From Rhina ancylostomus (Eukaryota), in assembly GCA_030265395.1 (NCBI GenBank), contig JARFYF010000046.1:26855919-26919918 (forward strand): a stretch of DNA of 64,000 bases, given 5' to 3'. Both the position numbers and the translations under genes were made by a program. Below are positions 1 to 13,982 of the stretch, in pieces (position 1 is the stretch's first letter; each line of letters starts with the position of its first letter). The notes under the pieces were generated by a model that had not been told where the DNA came from, did not search any database, and saw only the letters and a list, made by a program, of their open reading frames with translations.

Positions 1-584
1 CGTCACTCTCACCTCACCCCTGGCAAAGTCTTCAACTAACTGGCTGACTCAATCTTCTTTATATTTTTGTGCAGGATAAGGATGGCTAATTTGAAGCCAA
101 AGTCAAGAAATATTTTGGCAAATGAAGCAATAGAGGTACATTATTTAGCTCCATGTCTGTTCTGTCATTGACCATGATTGTTCATATTTGGTGCAAGGAT
201 GTTATGAAGTCCTGGTTGAGAAAACATTGCTTGTGGATGTGTCTGGAAAATTCACTGTCTGGGTACAACACAGACTCAAAATAATTTGTTCAAAATATAG
301 CTGGAAGCAAAAATTCTCAAGCTTTAGATGTTATCAGTGAGAATGTAACAATATAAAAATTAAGATATAATACTGAAATTGTCAGTAAAGTGATCTAAAG
401 AGCAGAATGAATGACTAAAGAAATGCAAATTTTTCATCTTTGTGGTAGATGATGTCCACTAAGTTATATATGTAAGGGAATAGTAGTGTCTCCTACAATA
501 TAATTATATTAATTAGAAAATAGAAGATTCTAAATTAATGAGATTGAGTCTATGCACTAAAATGTACACACATTTTATAAATAC

Positions 585-641
585 CTTGTTGATCACGATA
601 AGTAGGAACACCTGTTAAACATTCGCAAACATCTTCTGGAT
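585..641 (-). CDS. Internal coding exon (57 nt, phase 1-1) of unidentified gene; NPEDVCECLTGVPTYRDQQ
   Basis: Acceptor aaatgtacttttag|AT, donor CAAG|gtattt, stop-free, frame-compatible with the 2869-2940 exon. Confidence 0.65.
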
Positions 642-2149
642 CTAAAAGTACATTTAAGAAGTAATGTATTAGATAATGTGAAGAAAAGCTCATATTGATT
701 GCCCTAAATTTTGGTCAGTTTCCATTTTGTTTAAAGAACATTAACAATACATATTTGCATTAATAATCAATGCTTAAAATACTGGAGCAGAATTTCTAAA
801 CCTCTCTGTCAAAAATCTTCCAAGCAGATTAGATTAAAAAAATAAACCTATTATTAAAATTACCCTCTTTTTGTCTCCACTAAGTTGCAGAAAACACAAT
901 GTGCACTAAAGGTGTGTGCAAAATACGTTGAGCAGATGTTGCATGAATCCATTCATGTGTCTTGCAAAATTTGTTACATTATTGGTCCCCATTCCCAATT
1001 AAATAAATGTTGCTATGCTATCAGTGTCTGACCTTTCATCGGAATTGTACATCCATGATAACTTTTGAAGGCACCTGGCAATTTTTAAAAGAACTGGTCG
1101 TATCTTGGCTTGGTTGGTAAAATGCTGGACATCTCAGTTTAATTGAAAAAATGCACTTTTGAAAGCAAAAATTGCTTGGAAAAGGTGATGATTCTAAAGT
1201 TCCTACATGTTCCAGCACTTCACCAGTGGTATTCGAGGAGCTGTCAAGTGAAAGTAGGAGTCACTGACGCCAAAACAGGCAGCACTGTCATCAGGTTATT
1301 TCCTAGCTGCCAGTGACAAGAAGTGCCAAAACTTGTCAATAGCAAGAGAATTAAATCTAGGAATAGTTGCAGAGTAGAAGTGTTCATATACTTGAATGGG
1401 GATTGTTCATCTCTCTAATTGCTGCTCCAGATCCAGCTACAAATTCACAATCTTCCCCAATCCCGCCTCCTTTACATTAGTCAAATCACTGTACAATGCC
1501 TAAATTCTTCGCTGCTGTTGCCGTTACATTGTGCACTACTTACTGTCTTACCTAATGCTTATTCTCAACTTCCACCCTTTTGTCCCCTGTGGCAAAATAG
1601 CTTTCCCCTCTTCTCCATTTCACCAACTGGTTTATTCTAGAATCGAGCCTGCACATTAACCACACTGGGTAAGCTAGGGCTTATTGACTGCCATGTTCAC
1701 AATCTCTTGCAGTATATTTTTGCAGCTGTAAAATTATTTCCACCATCAAATCACATCCTTTTTAATTTTCTTGCTAGCTTGAACAGTACTAGTTATCACA
1801 GGGACTAGAAATTTGGTCACTGAATGCTTTTTGTTTTGCAGTACTATGCAATTGAAAACTGAAGTGAAACACGAAAGCAAACGTCCAGCTCAGTTTTCAG
1901 CACTCTCGTTATTCAACCAGGCACTTCCCACCATGAATCGCATGTGAACAAATGATGTGCTTTTACAACCAGACACATACCCAATGGCACCAACTATCAT
2001 AAAATACAATTTTTCAGCAATGCTAGGTGAAATTCACTCATGTTTTCCAGAAACCTGCCTTTTTTTGGTTACTCACAAAACAACCAGATTTTCATAATGC
2101 TGTTTGGTCTACCGCTACACAATTTGATGGGCCACTTACACTCTTACTT

Positions 2150-2560
2150 CCATCTTCTGTACTCTACTGCATTAAAAATCTGTCTATATCTGCCTTAAAA
2201 ATATACAGACTCTGCTTTTACCACCCTTTGATGAAGAGAGTTGCAAAGTCTCATGATCTACTGAAAGAAAATATTTAATTCTCCCAAAGTAGGAAACAAC
2301 CTATCCACATCCATCCTGTCAAAAACTCTCATGCTCATTTATGTTTCAATCATGTCATCTCTCACTCTTCTAAACTCTAATGGACAGAAGTCTAGCCTGT
2401 CCAACTTTTCCTCATTAGAGAACCTGTCCATTCCAGGTATCAGTCCAGTAAACCTTATCTGATTTGCTTACTATGCATTTATATCCTTCCTTAAATAAGG
2501 AGAGCAATTCCATACACACTACTCCAGATGTGGCCTCACCAATGCCCGATAAAGCACAAT
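2150..2560 (-). mobile_element. Degenerate CR1 LINE 3' fragment
   Basis: Reverse-strand similarity to the CR1 ORF2 C-terminus (tactccagatgtggcctcacc = RPHLEY motif) seen in better copies in this window. Confidence 0.65.
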
Positions 2561-2868
2561 TACCTTTCCATAGTGTTCAAAATCTGATGATAGCCCAACT
2601 ACTTTTATCCTCTTCCATTTTCTTCTTCTTTTCCTCCTGTGGTTCCTAATGCTGCTTCACTTGAGGGAATCCCGCAGGCAAGGATTTACTGACTTGCTCA
2701 GAAATGTGAATATATTAAGTTGTATCATACTATGGGTTAACAAAATAAATATAAATCCATGAAGACCATATCTTGTTCCAAACTCAATATTCAGGAAATT
2801 CTTGCATTCTTTTCTCCTCTTCCAAGCCCTGATGGATGACAACTCACATCTTTTCCTCAGTAACTTAC

Positions 2869-2940
2869 TCTGCTGGTCGGGTGATTTCTCTACATATTTA
2901 CTATTGAAGGGAGTGCTTTCGCTGCTCAAATTCAGACGGA
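2869..2940 (-). CDS. Internal coding exon (72 nt, phase 1-1); VRLNLSSESTPFNSKYVEKSPDQQ
   Basis: Acceptor gagtttag|TC, donor CAGA|gtaagt, lies within ORF 2657..2950 frame. Confidence 0.65.
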
Positions 2941-3159
2941 CTAAACTCATTTGAGTACATTAAAAAATAGTGTTTACACTTAATAGTTAGTTACTCAATT
3001 ATGTCTGAATTGTTCAAGATCTCCTCCACACAGACCTCTTTACTATTTTCAGCTGTTTCCCTTACAGCAAACTAAATTAACATAAAAATCTTAACAATTG
3101 AAATGAACTTTTGATTTAAACCCTTAAGTACAATTTTAGGCTAACTACACCTTAAGGTT

Positions 3160-3435
3160 GGGATCCTTCAAAAACTGAATTGAGAGGTGATCTCATTGAT
3201 ACACCCATAACTTTGAGAGAGAATTGCAAGGCAAATCCCAAGAAGTCTTCTTCTGTTGGAGAGTCCAAAATGAGATACAATACTCTCAGGATAAGGTGTC
3301 AGCATTTAGGACTGAGATAAAGAGAACTTGCTCCACGCAGCAGGCTGTAAATCTTTGGAGTTTACTGTGAGTACTCTGTTGAGTCAATTCAAGGCTGAGT
3401 TTGATACATTTTTGAACACTGAAGGAACAAGATCA
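3160..3435 (+). mobile_element. Degenerate CR1 LINE 3' fragment
   Basis: gagaggtgatctcattga ... tttaggactgagat ... aaggctgagtttgatacattttt matches the CR1 ORF2 end. Confidence 0.6.
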
Positions 3436-4017
3436 GACTTAGCTTATTTCCACATCTATTTCTTGTGTTATATATGCAGTCTCAATTTACCCAATAGGTC
3501 AAAAATATATCATTTGAAACAGCTAATTGCACAATTTTATGCTTAATGCCCAAATCAGCATAAAGAATCAATGGATTCCTGCATTTTTGTGAAGCTAAAA
3601 CAAAAAGTAAAAATGTACCAAGTCTCTCATGCTATTGTTCCTAGTTACTTTCAAGAATAATGAAAACATTAGTTTTCTTGAACTTCTCTGAAACTTGGGT
3701 GCAAAGCAAACAAACAAATATATAATTAAAGCTTGCAAAATAATCAGATGCATCTAAGTTGTTGGCTGGAGAGACATGCAAGGCTAGAGGTAGTGCTGTA
3801 AGATTTTTGAACATTCTGGAGATTTTCAGAGATAAAAGAGCCCTTCATACCTCTCTGTTCTTAAAGGGGTACCTAACTTACATAACATAAACCATACGCG
3901 TTACACAGCTGAACCTTCAGATACTATGCTATTGCTTATCAGTGATTCCTAGGATGTTGTGCCAGGGATAGCGACCTTTTTACTTTGTTATATTCCTTTC
4001 TGCCACTTTATTGTTTA

Positions 4018-4235
4018 CAGGTCTTCCCAGTTTATGGCAGGGCTTCATTTCTCTGAACGGTTCATAACCCAAACAGTTCACATGTCAGAAATGTGGCCAG
4101 GAACCGAGTCCCCTTGTGGCAGAAGATACCTGCAGCCCCACAGCAACTGGCAAATCCATACAGCCAGTTTCCTAAACACACATTTGTATGTATGGACTGT
4201 ACATAAGTTGGGCATTTGTAAATTGGTAGGACCTG
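4018..4235. mobile_element. Tigger/pogo-like (Tc1/mariner) MITE
   Basis: Imperfect TIRs caggtcttcccagtttatg / tgtaaattggtaggacctg flanked by TA on both sides. Confidence 0.7.
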
Positions 4236-4804
4236 TATAGCTTTTCTTACTTTAAGACCCCCTCAGCCAAATAAAGTGTAGAAGTAAATCCAATAATGAT
4301 GGTAGTAGTCTAATTTTATTTAAGCTTTAGTTTTGTTCAGCTGTTGATCATTTGTTATAATGAATTCAGGCAATTAAACTCCAGTTGTGGCAAAAAAAAC
4401 AAAAGAAGCCAAGGTCAGGAAGAAAATAAAAACTGAAAATACTTCACATGAAATTTATATATTAAGATCTTTCCTTTTGTGGACAAGTATTAATATTGGA
4501 GATATTACCCTGAAACTACTTTAATCTGGAATAGTTTATTAGCTACTTTTGATGTGTAGGGAGACCAAAGGGAAAGGAAAATTATATATTCTATTTACCA
4601 GTTACCGGACAAGAGAGACATTTTTAACTTCAGGAATGATTTTGAATATTTCTAAAAAATTTCTAGAAAACTAGTCGGTTTCATTTTTACCAACCAATTT
4701 CAACAATATTCATTTTCCAAACCCTTTTCATTTCTATTCGTTGATATGATATGCTAAATGCATATACTTTTCAGCTAAAACATTTCTGCACATGTCCTTT
4801 CTTC

Positions 4805-5845
4805 AGGTATTGTAAATATCCTGATTGGTTGCATCATGATTTGGTACAGAAATTTGAATGCACAGGAATGCAAGAAGCTGCAGAGAGTATTGGACTCTGT
4901 CCAATACATCACAGGCACATCCCTTCCCACCATTGGTTGTATCTACAGGAGGCACTGCCTCAAGGAGACAACATCTTTCATCAAAGATCCCTATCATATG
5001 GGCAATGCCATCTTTTAGCAGGTACCATCAGGCAAGAAGTACAGAAGCCTGAAGTCCCACACCATCAGGTTCAAGAACTCGGATCTTGGGGTCCGAGTCC
5101 ATAGGACTCTCAAAGTGGCTGCGCCGATTGACTCTTGGTTAGGAAGGCATATGGTGGATTGTCCTTCAATCGGGGAATTGAATTTAGGAGCCGAGAGGTA
5201 TTGTTGCAGCTATATAGGTCTCCGGTCAGACCCCACTTGGAGTATTGTGCTCAGTTCTGGTCACCTCACTACAGGAAAGATGTGGAAGCCATAGAGAGGG
5301 NNNNNNNNNNNNNNNNNNNNNNNNNNNNNNNNNNNNNNNNNNNNNNNNNNNNNNNNNNNNNNNNNNNNNNNNNNNNNNNNNNNNNNNNNNNNNNNNNNNN
5401 GGTGGATACGATAGGGTCTTTCAAGAGACTGTTAGATAGGTACATGGAGCTGAGTAAAATAGAGGGCTATGGGTTAGTCTGGTAACTTCTAGGTTAGGGA
5501 CATGTTCGGCACAGCTTTGTGGGCTGTAGGGCCTGAACTGTGCTGTAGTTTTTTCTATGTTCTAACAGCTACTTCCCTTCAACCATTTGAACCAACCGAC
5601 AAAACCCAAATCCTACAGTTAAGCAACACTATGAGCGCTTTGATCACTTTGTACTAAAATGGGCAGTTTTTTCTTCTAACTGTGTTCTTTCTTGTAAAAA
5701 TTGTGTATAACTTATGTTTATGTTTCACTTGTGAATGCTGCTTATATGATGCCATGTGCCTGTGATGTTGCTGTACATAAGTTTTACGTTGCACCTGCAC
5801 ATACATGTACTTGTGCTATGATAATAAACTTGACTATGACTTTGA
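4805..5845 (+). mobile_element. Rex1/Babar-type LINE 3' fragment interrupted by a CR1 insertion
   Basis: Peptide WYRNLNAQECKKLQRVLDSVQYITGTSLPTIGCIYRRHCLKETTSFIKDP; resumes after 5562 (aacagctacttccc); tail aataaacttgactatgactttgac. Confidence 0.7.
5081..5562 (+). mobile_element. CR1 LINE 3' fragment (spans an N gap), nested in the Rex/Babar copy
   Basis: ORF 5135..5485 LYRSPVRPHLEYCAQFWSPHYRKDVEAIER ... SFKRLLDRYM; tail ctatgttct. Confidence 0.85.
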
Positions 5846-6332
5846 CAGTTTAACTGATACTCTATTCTGTGGTATCGCTAAATAATGCTGCAAAAATAAA
5901 TTCGGATGCATGAAAAGAAGGCCAAGGATATTTGACAATGGGCTTTACATAGCCACCATTACCGAAATTACATTCCCAGCAAAGGGGCTTCCAACTGTGC
6001 AAAATTATGAAATTATTGATGGGTTCCCCATTTTACTAAAGTTATAAGAGTGCTACTATTAAGGTTCAACATGTTATTATGGTGACCCATCATACTGGTA
6101 ATATGTATTAGATGTCTTATCACTAAATTCAAATGCCAATAAATGGAAACTGCCTTATCATCTTACTGGCATGTCAACAAATTTGCTATTAACAAGATCC
6201 TTAAAATGTATTTAATGGATTATCAGCTTTCATTGATAAATTAAAATACTTAAAAAAGCCGAACCCTTAGTCTTTTAAAGTTTTGTCACTAGTATTACTT
6301 GAAGACAAACATTTAAAAAATTTAAATCATAC

Positions 6333-6422
6333 CTATAATGTAGTGACAAAGTGTTTCTACTGGTGTTTCAACTTTAGGTGGTGAGAGTATTATCGGATAT
6401 TTATCGTAATCCATGTCCACAG
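6333..6422 (-). CDS. Internal coding exon (90 nt, phase 1-1); AVDMDYDKYPIILSPPKVETPVETLCHYII
   Basis: Acceptor aaatttgtttcag|CT, donor ATAG|gtatga, within ORF 6322..6582 frame. Confidence 0.75.
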
Positions 6423-7199
6423 CTGAAACAAATTTAACAGTTACCATAGTCAACTTCAGATTGATAAGAACTTGTCTGAACTGTAATTTTTGTAAGTTTG
6501 CTACACATTTTGTTTTGCAAGAGCAACAAAAATGCAAGATAATTAAACAATCAAATATAATAAATTGTTTAACTCTGTCCATTTATAGAATGAACAATCT
6601 GATAAAATAACACACTTGTATTTTTGGTAAATTATAAAAAATACATTATTTTATGCATAATACATAATGTATACATAATACATGGCAATTACATTATTTA
6701 TTATTTATCATTCAGTTGCTAGAAATATACACTCTCCGTATGCAGATGAAATGAATGAAATGGAAATGGCAACTTGTGTAGGAGTGCATACAAGGCATGG
6801 ACAATAATCTAATATTTGCTTGAGTAGCTTAGTGACACATTAGCTTGCTTGACTTGAAACAATGAAGGAAATAGATGCCAGAAAAAATTATTACAATTTT
6901 CAGTATTCACAATATACTTAACAATTTCCATGCATTCTGTCAGCTACCTAACACAACATTTTAGATACTCAGGTGATCTAGATACAAGGCCATGAAACTA
7001 CACAGAACAAAGCTTATTAACTTTATTATTTGTCACATTATGAAAGGAGATTGCTTTCAACAGAAAATACTAAAATCAAACAGCCTGCAGATCCAGGACA
7101 TCAAATTTTTAGTAGCTCCAAGAAGATAATTGTAGAGGTCATAGGACAGAATGTTGTATGTCACTGCTGACAACAAATGACAGAATATCATATTTCTTT

Positions 7200-7535
7200 A
7201 CAACATAGAAAGAAGCCATTTGGTCCATCTAGTCTATGCTAGTCCTCAGAGCAATTCCAACAATCCCACTCCCCCAGTTATTTTCCCCATAACTTATTTT
7301 TTTCATGCAGAGCCATTAACACCTTGCTGATTCTCCCACCGGGCACCTATATCAGGAATAGTTTACAATTAATTAACCTAACAACCAGCATGTCTTTGAG
7401 ATATGAGAGGAAATCCACATGGCCACAGGAAGAACATGCAACCCCGCACAGACAGCTCTGGAGTTCAGAATCGAAACTGAGTCACTGCAGCTGTGAAGCA
7501 TCTGCAGGTCCTGCAGCACCACTGTGTTGCCCTGC
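7200..7535 (-). mobile_element. tRNA-derived V-domain SINE with CR1-type tail
   Basis: Reverse complement of the head/core of SINEs at 18575 and 31555; tail resembles the CR1 3' end. Confidence 0.75.
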
Positions 7536-9353
7536 GGCCATGATCTCTCTTTGTATTATTGTAACAATATATGTAAAATTATGTTTAAGTAAATTATGTG
7601 AGTTAAATATGGCTTTTCAAAACCAAACAGGCTGCAAATCCAAGTGCATCAATATTTTTAACATATTCAAGTCAATTACAGAAGTAATAGCACATAAACA
7701 GCTTTACCAGCTTGAAAAGAATAACTATGCAACTTATATAGTAGAATGCCACATATGATGACAACAACTGGAGTAAATATGCATTTGCTCCACATTATTG
7801 GAATTAAATAACATAACTCTCAAATTATATTTCAAAAAGTGCTGGGAATGAATATGCAATTTATTCTCTGTGACGAAATTACTAACTTTGCACATGTACT
7901 AATCACGTGCTATTTTCTTCATTTTATAGCTACATTTAAACTCCGGTTGAAGAAATTGAATCCCCTAGCCAACAATTTACATTCAATTAGTTGCACCGGT
8001 CTTAATGGAAGCAAATGAGAGTTCAGACCTAACCTGCTAAGGGACAATATTTCCTTTTGTCAAAGATGTGTTGCAACAATTAATCTAATTAAGTTTCCTG
8101 AAGGAGTCTTTGTTGGTAAAGAGATATGAATCAATGTATGCCATATATATGAACTGCCAGGAGGTATTTAGTTAATTACTGGACCAGAATTTACTAGACA
8201 AATTGAGAAGCATGGAATTGGAAGCCCCTTTCTGGCATGGATAAGGAACTAGTTGGATGTTAGGAATCAAAAAGTTAGATAAAATAGACTTTCTTCAATT
8301 GGTAGTCAGGGACGAGTCCTGACCCAGAGATTAATACTGTGTTCCAGTTTTCACTTTATAAGATACATTTTATTAATGTATAATGCCTATGTTTAGTATC
8401 ATCAACCAGAAGGCATCCTCTCATTTTTGTATCCTTTCATTTTAGTAACCAATAATTGTATGAGTACACATATATCCCCATTAGATAAGGCTTTGGGTCA
8501 GTGGTTCATATATGAATATATAGCCACATATAACTAAATGGATTTGAGGATCAAGAAGGCTATCACCCTATAATAATAAATAATACAAACTTACAAATAG
8601 TAAAGTGAGCAAAAACCCATAATGGTAAACAAATCAAGGGAATAGAAATTGAGGATTTCAGTATAAAATAACAAGATTCTTTGGCTTTGAAAATGGCAGA
8701 TTTCAAAGTAGTTGGAAGGTTTGATGGGGATAGTGAGGTAGGTAACCATTAGGAGATATTGAGCCCGGGTATGGATTAAAACTGTAATGAGGTTTGGTGC
8801 CGGGAGCTTGGCTAAAATACAACTGGTTGGTGACACTTAACAGCACAGTTGAAGACTTCTACCATCAATTAGCTGACAATTGGGTTAATTTGCCCAGTTC
8901 AACTTGTCCTGATTTTTGAGATAATATTTCCCATTATTTTCTAGATGCTTGTGTTTATTGCTGCACTGGTGCAGTGTGGGTGCAGGTACAGATGGTTCAG
9001 GAGTAAAAGTCTTTAACACTAACTAGGATGTCATTTGGACCTGTAGCCTTTCACGTATCTTGAGCACACAAGCCACTTCCTCATATAACACAAAATGACT
9101 CAAATTGGCTGAAAACTGATATCTGTGACTCAGGAAGAGCCAGAGGTGGTCATTCACTTAAGAATTCTGATTAGAGATAAGTTCAATGCAGTTAATGGTC
9201 AATAGGCCTGTGAGCAAGACTGAGTAGCAGTAAAAATGGAAAAGGATCCATTATTACTTTCTACAAGTCTCTACACTGTTCATACAGATAAAGGAAAATT
9301 AGTGTTTTTAATGCCAGTAAAAAAAAGGTATTTTAATGCATCCCAAACAATAC

Positions 9354-9404
9354 CTTGCATATGGTGACAAGATCCAATGAGATCAAACTTCGCGAAACTT
9401 AAGA
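9354..9404 (-). CDS. Internal coding exon (51 nt, phase 1-1); VLSFAKFDLIGSCHHMQ
   Basis: Acceptor atattttttttcag|TC, donor CAAG|gtattg; similar to exon 13932-13982. Confidence 0.75.
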
Positions 9405-10689
9405 CTGAAAAAAATATTGGAGAAAAATTGTGATCATCAGTTTATAAACCTTTACACTTAACCTTGTCTGTTAGGGTTAATCAGGAATTTTATTTGATGG
9501 TAAGTGTCCTCAAATAAAATCAAATTAAATAATACCTGATTAATTTTGGAAAGGTATGGGCAAATTCAACCCCTAGTATACCTGCAAGATATTCAGAAGT
9601 TCCATAGAAATCCAACCCTGCATCTGAAAGACATTTAAGGATCACTAAAATCAGCACAATTCTAAACATTTATACTTTGTAATGTTCAGATTTTGTCAAG
9701 ATATTAGGTTGAGTTTATGAAACCGGGCTTTGCACACCAAGGTGTGGTCCTATCCATATTGGCTTAGCCCAATTTTTTGAGGCAAACTCTTCTCTCTCAT
9801 CTGAATGAACCCCTAGCATATGGAACAAGGAAAAAAGCCAGTTTTGCAAGTTATTTGAATGCAAGTTCCAGAACTGAAAGCAATTCTTGCTGCCTGAGAA
9901 CACACAATGAAGGAAGATAACCTGGTTTAGTGCTAAGATGTCCACCTAGGAAATCATAAATGGAGGGGGCTATCAAGAAAATAAATGCAACTACCAGGTC
10001 TACCAGACTTGAAAGCAAAGGAGGAAAGACATCAACAAAGTGCTAAGGTAAATACAGATATATTTATGTACATTTATACTCTCCCTTCACACAAGCCACA
10101 GATTCAATATAAATTTTAATCTGAGGATACCTAGGGAGATGAATGTAAAAACGTGCATTGTACACTGAAACCGATTTATAACGGTGCTGGAATTAGAAGC
10201 TACATGAGATATTTGTAGCTAACAATAAAAATAGATAATCCTTCAAGAATATCAGTAAGAAACATTCAATGGAAGCTATTATGAAGATAACTGGCACAGA
10301 GAGGCTGGTTAACATGACACAAGCATGCTGCCTGTGATGGTTAGACAATTACTAACATCTCCAAAAATGTGGCATGCTTGTAAAGAGAAACAAGAGGATT
10401 GGTAAACCAGATTACAGTACCATTTTGACAAATAGGTAAAAGAGATAGTTTTTACTTTAGAGAAATGACTCTCACTCTTTATGGCAATGAATAGAAAGAC
10501 AATGGAATAACTGAGTTTAGATGAATGTTCATTTATGGTGTGATCTTATCCATGGGAGGCTGGCTTAGNNNNNNNNNNAGATCAACCAGGCAGAAGTATT
10601 CTTCATTTCTCATAAGAGCTGTTACAAATCCTATCAGGAGATACATTTTCAAAACAACAGCAGAATGGAATCATAGAAATTAAGATTAT

Positions 10690-12140
10690 AGTAATGCATA
10701 AGAACACAGAAAAATAGTAGCAGATGTCAGACAGCTGGCCCCTTAAGCCTGCCCTGCCCTTAATATGATCTGTGCAACTCTTCTGTCCCAGTTCCCCATT
10801 GATCCCCAAATCTTCCAAAAATTTATGTACTCCTTTTTAAATGCCCCCAATGATCTAGCATCTACAACCCCCCGGAGTAGGGAATTCCAGAGATTCACCA
10901 CCCTCTGCAAGAAGAAACTCCTTCACACCTGGGTTTCAAATAACTGCCCCCTTATTTCGAAACTATATTCCCTTGTTTGAGACTCTCCCACCAATGGAAA
11001 CACTTCAACAACTACCCTGTTATACTCCCATAGGATCTTATGTGTTTAAATAAAATCCTCATTCTTGTAAACTTGAAAGAACACAGACTCAACTTCTTTA
11101 GTCATTCATCCCAAGAATTACCTTAATGAATCTGTTTAGGACTGCCTCCAATGCTAGTATATCTTTTTTTAAATAAGGAGATCAAGAATATACACAGTAC
11201 ACTAGGTGAGACCTCACTAACATGCTGTTCAATTAAAATCCAACCCCCTTGCAATAAAGGACAATATGTCATTTGTTTTCCTAATTAACTGCTGCAGCTG
11301 TTTGGTAACATTCTGATTTATGCACAAGAACATCTAGATCCCTCTGTACTTCACTCGTTTGCAATCTCTCTTCATTTCTTTCCATAGGTTGCTTTTTGAT
11401 TCATTGTACTGAAGTGCATGACCTCACACTTACCAATATTAAACTCCATTTGCTAAATTTTCACCCATTTAATCTATCCCCATCCTGTTGCAGAGTCCAA
11501 ATATCCTCAACACAGCATGCCCTCCTATCCATGTTGGTATCAGTAGCAATCTCGGATACCTTAAACTCTGCCCTTTCCTCTAAGTAATGAATATAGATAG
11601 CAAAGAATTAAGGGACAAGAACTGATCCTTGAGGCACTCCACTTGTTACATCCTTCCTGCCTGAAAAACACCCACTTATTCTGATTCTATATTTTCTATG
11701 TGATAACCTGTCCCAGTTAAAACACTTCCCCTAGTACTGTGAGCTCTTGTCTTAAGCACCAGCGTTTCATGTGGCATCTTTTCATATGCCTTCTGGAAAT
11801 CCAAATACGCTATGTTTATAAGTTCCCCTCTATTCACTCTGCTTGTTACATCCTCAATGAACTCTAGCAAATTTGGTATACGTGAGCAACCTCCATAAAA
11901 CCATGTCGATTTGGTTTGATTACATTAAGCTTCTCTGAATGACTAGCTATTTCTTCCTTGATTGTAAACTCCAGCATTTTATGAACAACAGATGTTAAAC
12001 TAACTGGCCTATAGTTTCCACTTTTTGTTTCCTTCTTAAAGATCTGTGCAGATTTCCATATGCTGGTAACCTCCCATAAATCAGTGAATTTAGAAAAACT
12101 TCAACCAATAGCTTCACTAGCTTTAAAACCCTTAGCTGCA
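10690..12140 (-). mobile_element. CR1 LINE ORF2 (reverse transcriptase) relic
   Basis: ORF 11676..11870 EFIEDVTSRVNRGELINIAYLDFQKAYEKMPH (RT motif); CR1 tail near 10700. Confidence 0.85.
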
Positions 12141-12149
12141 GACTGTTGG

Positions 12150-12645
12150 ATATTGGAATTGGTTTATTATTGTCACAAGTATTAAGATACTGTGAAAATC
12201 TATTTGTTTGCATGCCATCCAGTCAGGTCATGCCATGCGCAAGTACATCAAGGTGGTAAAAAGGAAAAGTAGAATGCAGAATATGGTGTTGCAGTTACAG
12301 AGAAAGTGCAGTGCAGGTAGACAAATAAAGTGCAAGGGCCACAACAAGGTAGATTGGAAGATCAAGAGTTTATCCTTTAGTGTTTAAGAGGTCTGTTCAA
12401 GAGTCTGATAACAACAGGATAGAAGATATCCTTGAACCTAGTGGTGTGTGCTTTCAAGCTTTTGTATCTTCTGCCCGATGGGAGGGGTGAAAGAGAAAAT
12501 GACAGGGGTAGGAGGGGCCTTTGACTATGTTGGCTGCTTTTCCAAAGCAGGGGGAAGTATAGATGGAGTCAACAGAGGGGACACTGATTTGGGTGATGGA
12601 CTGGGCTGCATTCACAAATCTGCAATTTCTTGCGGTGCTAGCAGC
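12150..12645 (-). mobile_element. Rex1/Babar-type LINE 3' fragment
   Basis: Peptide FVNAAQSITQISVPSVDSIYTSPCFGKAANIVKGPSYPCHFLF; tail aataaaccaattccaat on the minus strand. Confidence 0.75.
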
Positions 12646-12679
12646 TTGTCCTCCTTTAGTACCAATAGTATTTCCAAAA

Positions 12680-13015
12680 GAAACACAAGAGAATGCAGAT
12701 GCTGGAACCTGGAGCAAAAAACATGCTGCTGGAGGAACTCAGCGGGTCAGGCAGCATCTATGGAGGGAAATGAACAGTTTACATTTTGGGCCAAGACCCT
12801 TCATCTAGACTGAAAGAACAGAGGGGAGATGGTCAATATAAAGAGGTGTGGGGGAGGTATGGAGCAAGAGCTGGCAAGCGACGTGGATCCAGGTGTGGAG
12901 GGGTTGGTTGGCAGATGGAGTCAGGATGGGGGAGGGAAGGATGGAGATAGCGACAAAGGCTGGAGGTGATGTGTAGACAACAAAGGGTTGCAGGTAATAG
13001 AATTTGATAAAGAGA
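12680..13015 (-). mobile_element. Penelope-like element terminal-repeat fragment with decayed hammerhead core
   Basis: tgctggaggaactcagcgggtcaggcagcatc motif; minus strand cagtc-TAGATGA-agggtcttggccc-AAAA-tgtaaactg. Confidence 0.6.
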
Positions 13016-13189
13016 TCTGCAGCCTAGGTGTCCGTTACATCCATTCAACAGGATATGAGGGCTCAATTTCACTTCCTATCCAAAGGATACCAACTCCAAT
13101 TTGAATCTACAGCTTTCTGATTTGGAGTAATGAGTGCCGCTAACTGAGTCGAAGATAGCATTCCAAGATGATAGATCACAAGCAGCACA

Positions 13190-13710
13190 TGACACTTAAG
13201 TAATGCATTTTGTTTAGAAGGATAAAGTGAGGCAATATAATTTTAGTGGATGCAAAAACAGAAAGACCAATGGGTGCATTTATGCATATATGGTTGCAGA
13301 ATAAGAAGATTAAGATTTTAAAAAAGACAGAATGTATAGAAGTTGGAAGACTTAAAAAGCCAGGATTATCCTCCTAAGATCAAGGAGATTTAATAGAAAC
13401 TTTTACTATTTCCAGGCGTAGTAGGGTCAATAGCCAGAGGACAGAGATATAAAGTAAATGCAAATTAACCTGAAATGAGAAGAGTTTTTCTTTTAATACA
13501 GCAAACATTTATGATCTTAAAGGTGCTGTCTGAAAAGATGTGGAAGCTGATTCAATAAAATCTTTTAAAAGAAGTATTGAGTTAAAATCTGAAGGTGAAA
13601 CAAACTGTTAAGCAATGGGGAAAAGTCAGCAGAGTGAGATCAAGTGGATAGCTTTCTCAAAGAACTAACATATCCATGATAGATCAAAAAGCCTCCTTCT
13701 GTGCTATGCC
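13190..13710 (+). mobile_element. Highly degenerate CR1 3' fragment
   Basis: ggagatttaatagaa ... tcttttaaaagaagtattga ... gcctccttctgtgctatg tail. Confidence 0.55.
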
Positions 13711-13931
13711 ATTTAATGAAGCAAGGTTCACATTTCCTTATTGCACATGCATATGGGGTTCCCCAAGATAGAAATCCAAAAAATAACGTGGTATAAACTG
13801 AGTACATGACCTTTGCCTACTGTAAGTGAGGCTACATGAGTTTCAGAAACTGGGATTATAAATTTCAAGACTAGTAGTCTGAAAGGAAGATAAATCAGAA
13901 ACAGCACTTACATATTTTATACAAAATATAC

Positions 13932-13982
13932 CTGCCACGATGTGAGAAGGTCCAAAGAGAGCCAATTCTGCTTTTTCTCCAT
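13932..13982 (-). CDS. Internal coding exon (51 nt, phase 1-1); DGEKAELALFGPSHIVA
   Basis: Acceptor aaatgactttcag|AT, donor GCAG|gtatat, stop-free. Confidence 0.75.

Noticed and set aside
1033-1132. Minus-strand AG...GT segment with open frame
   Set aside because: 100 nt, phase 1 to 2, weak acceptor; incompatible with neighbouring exons
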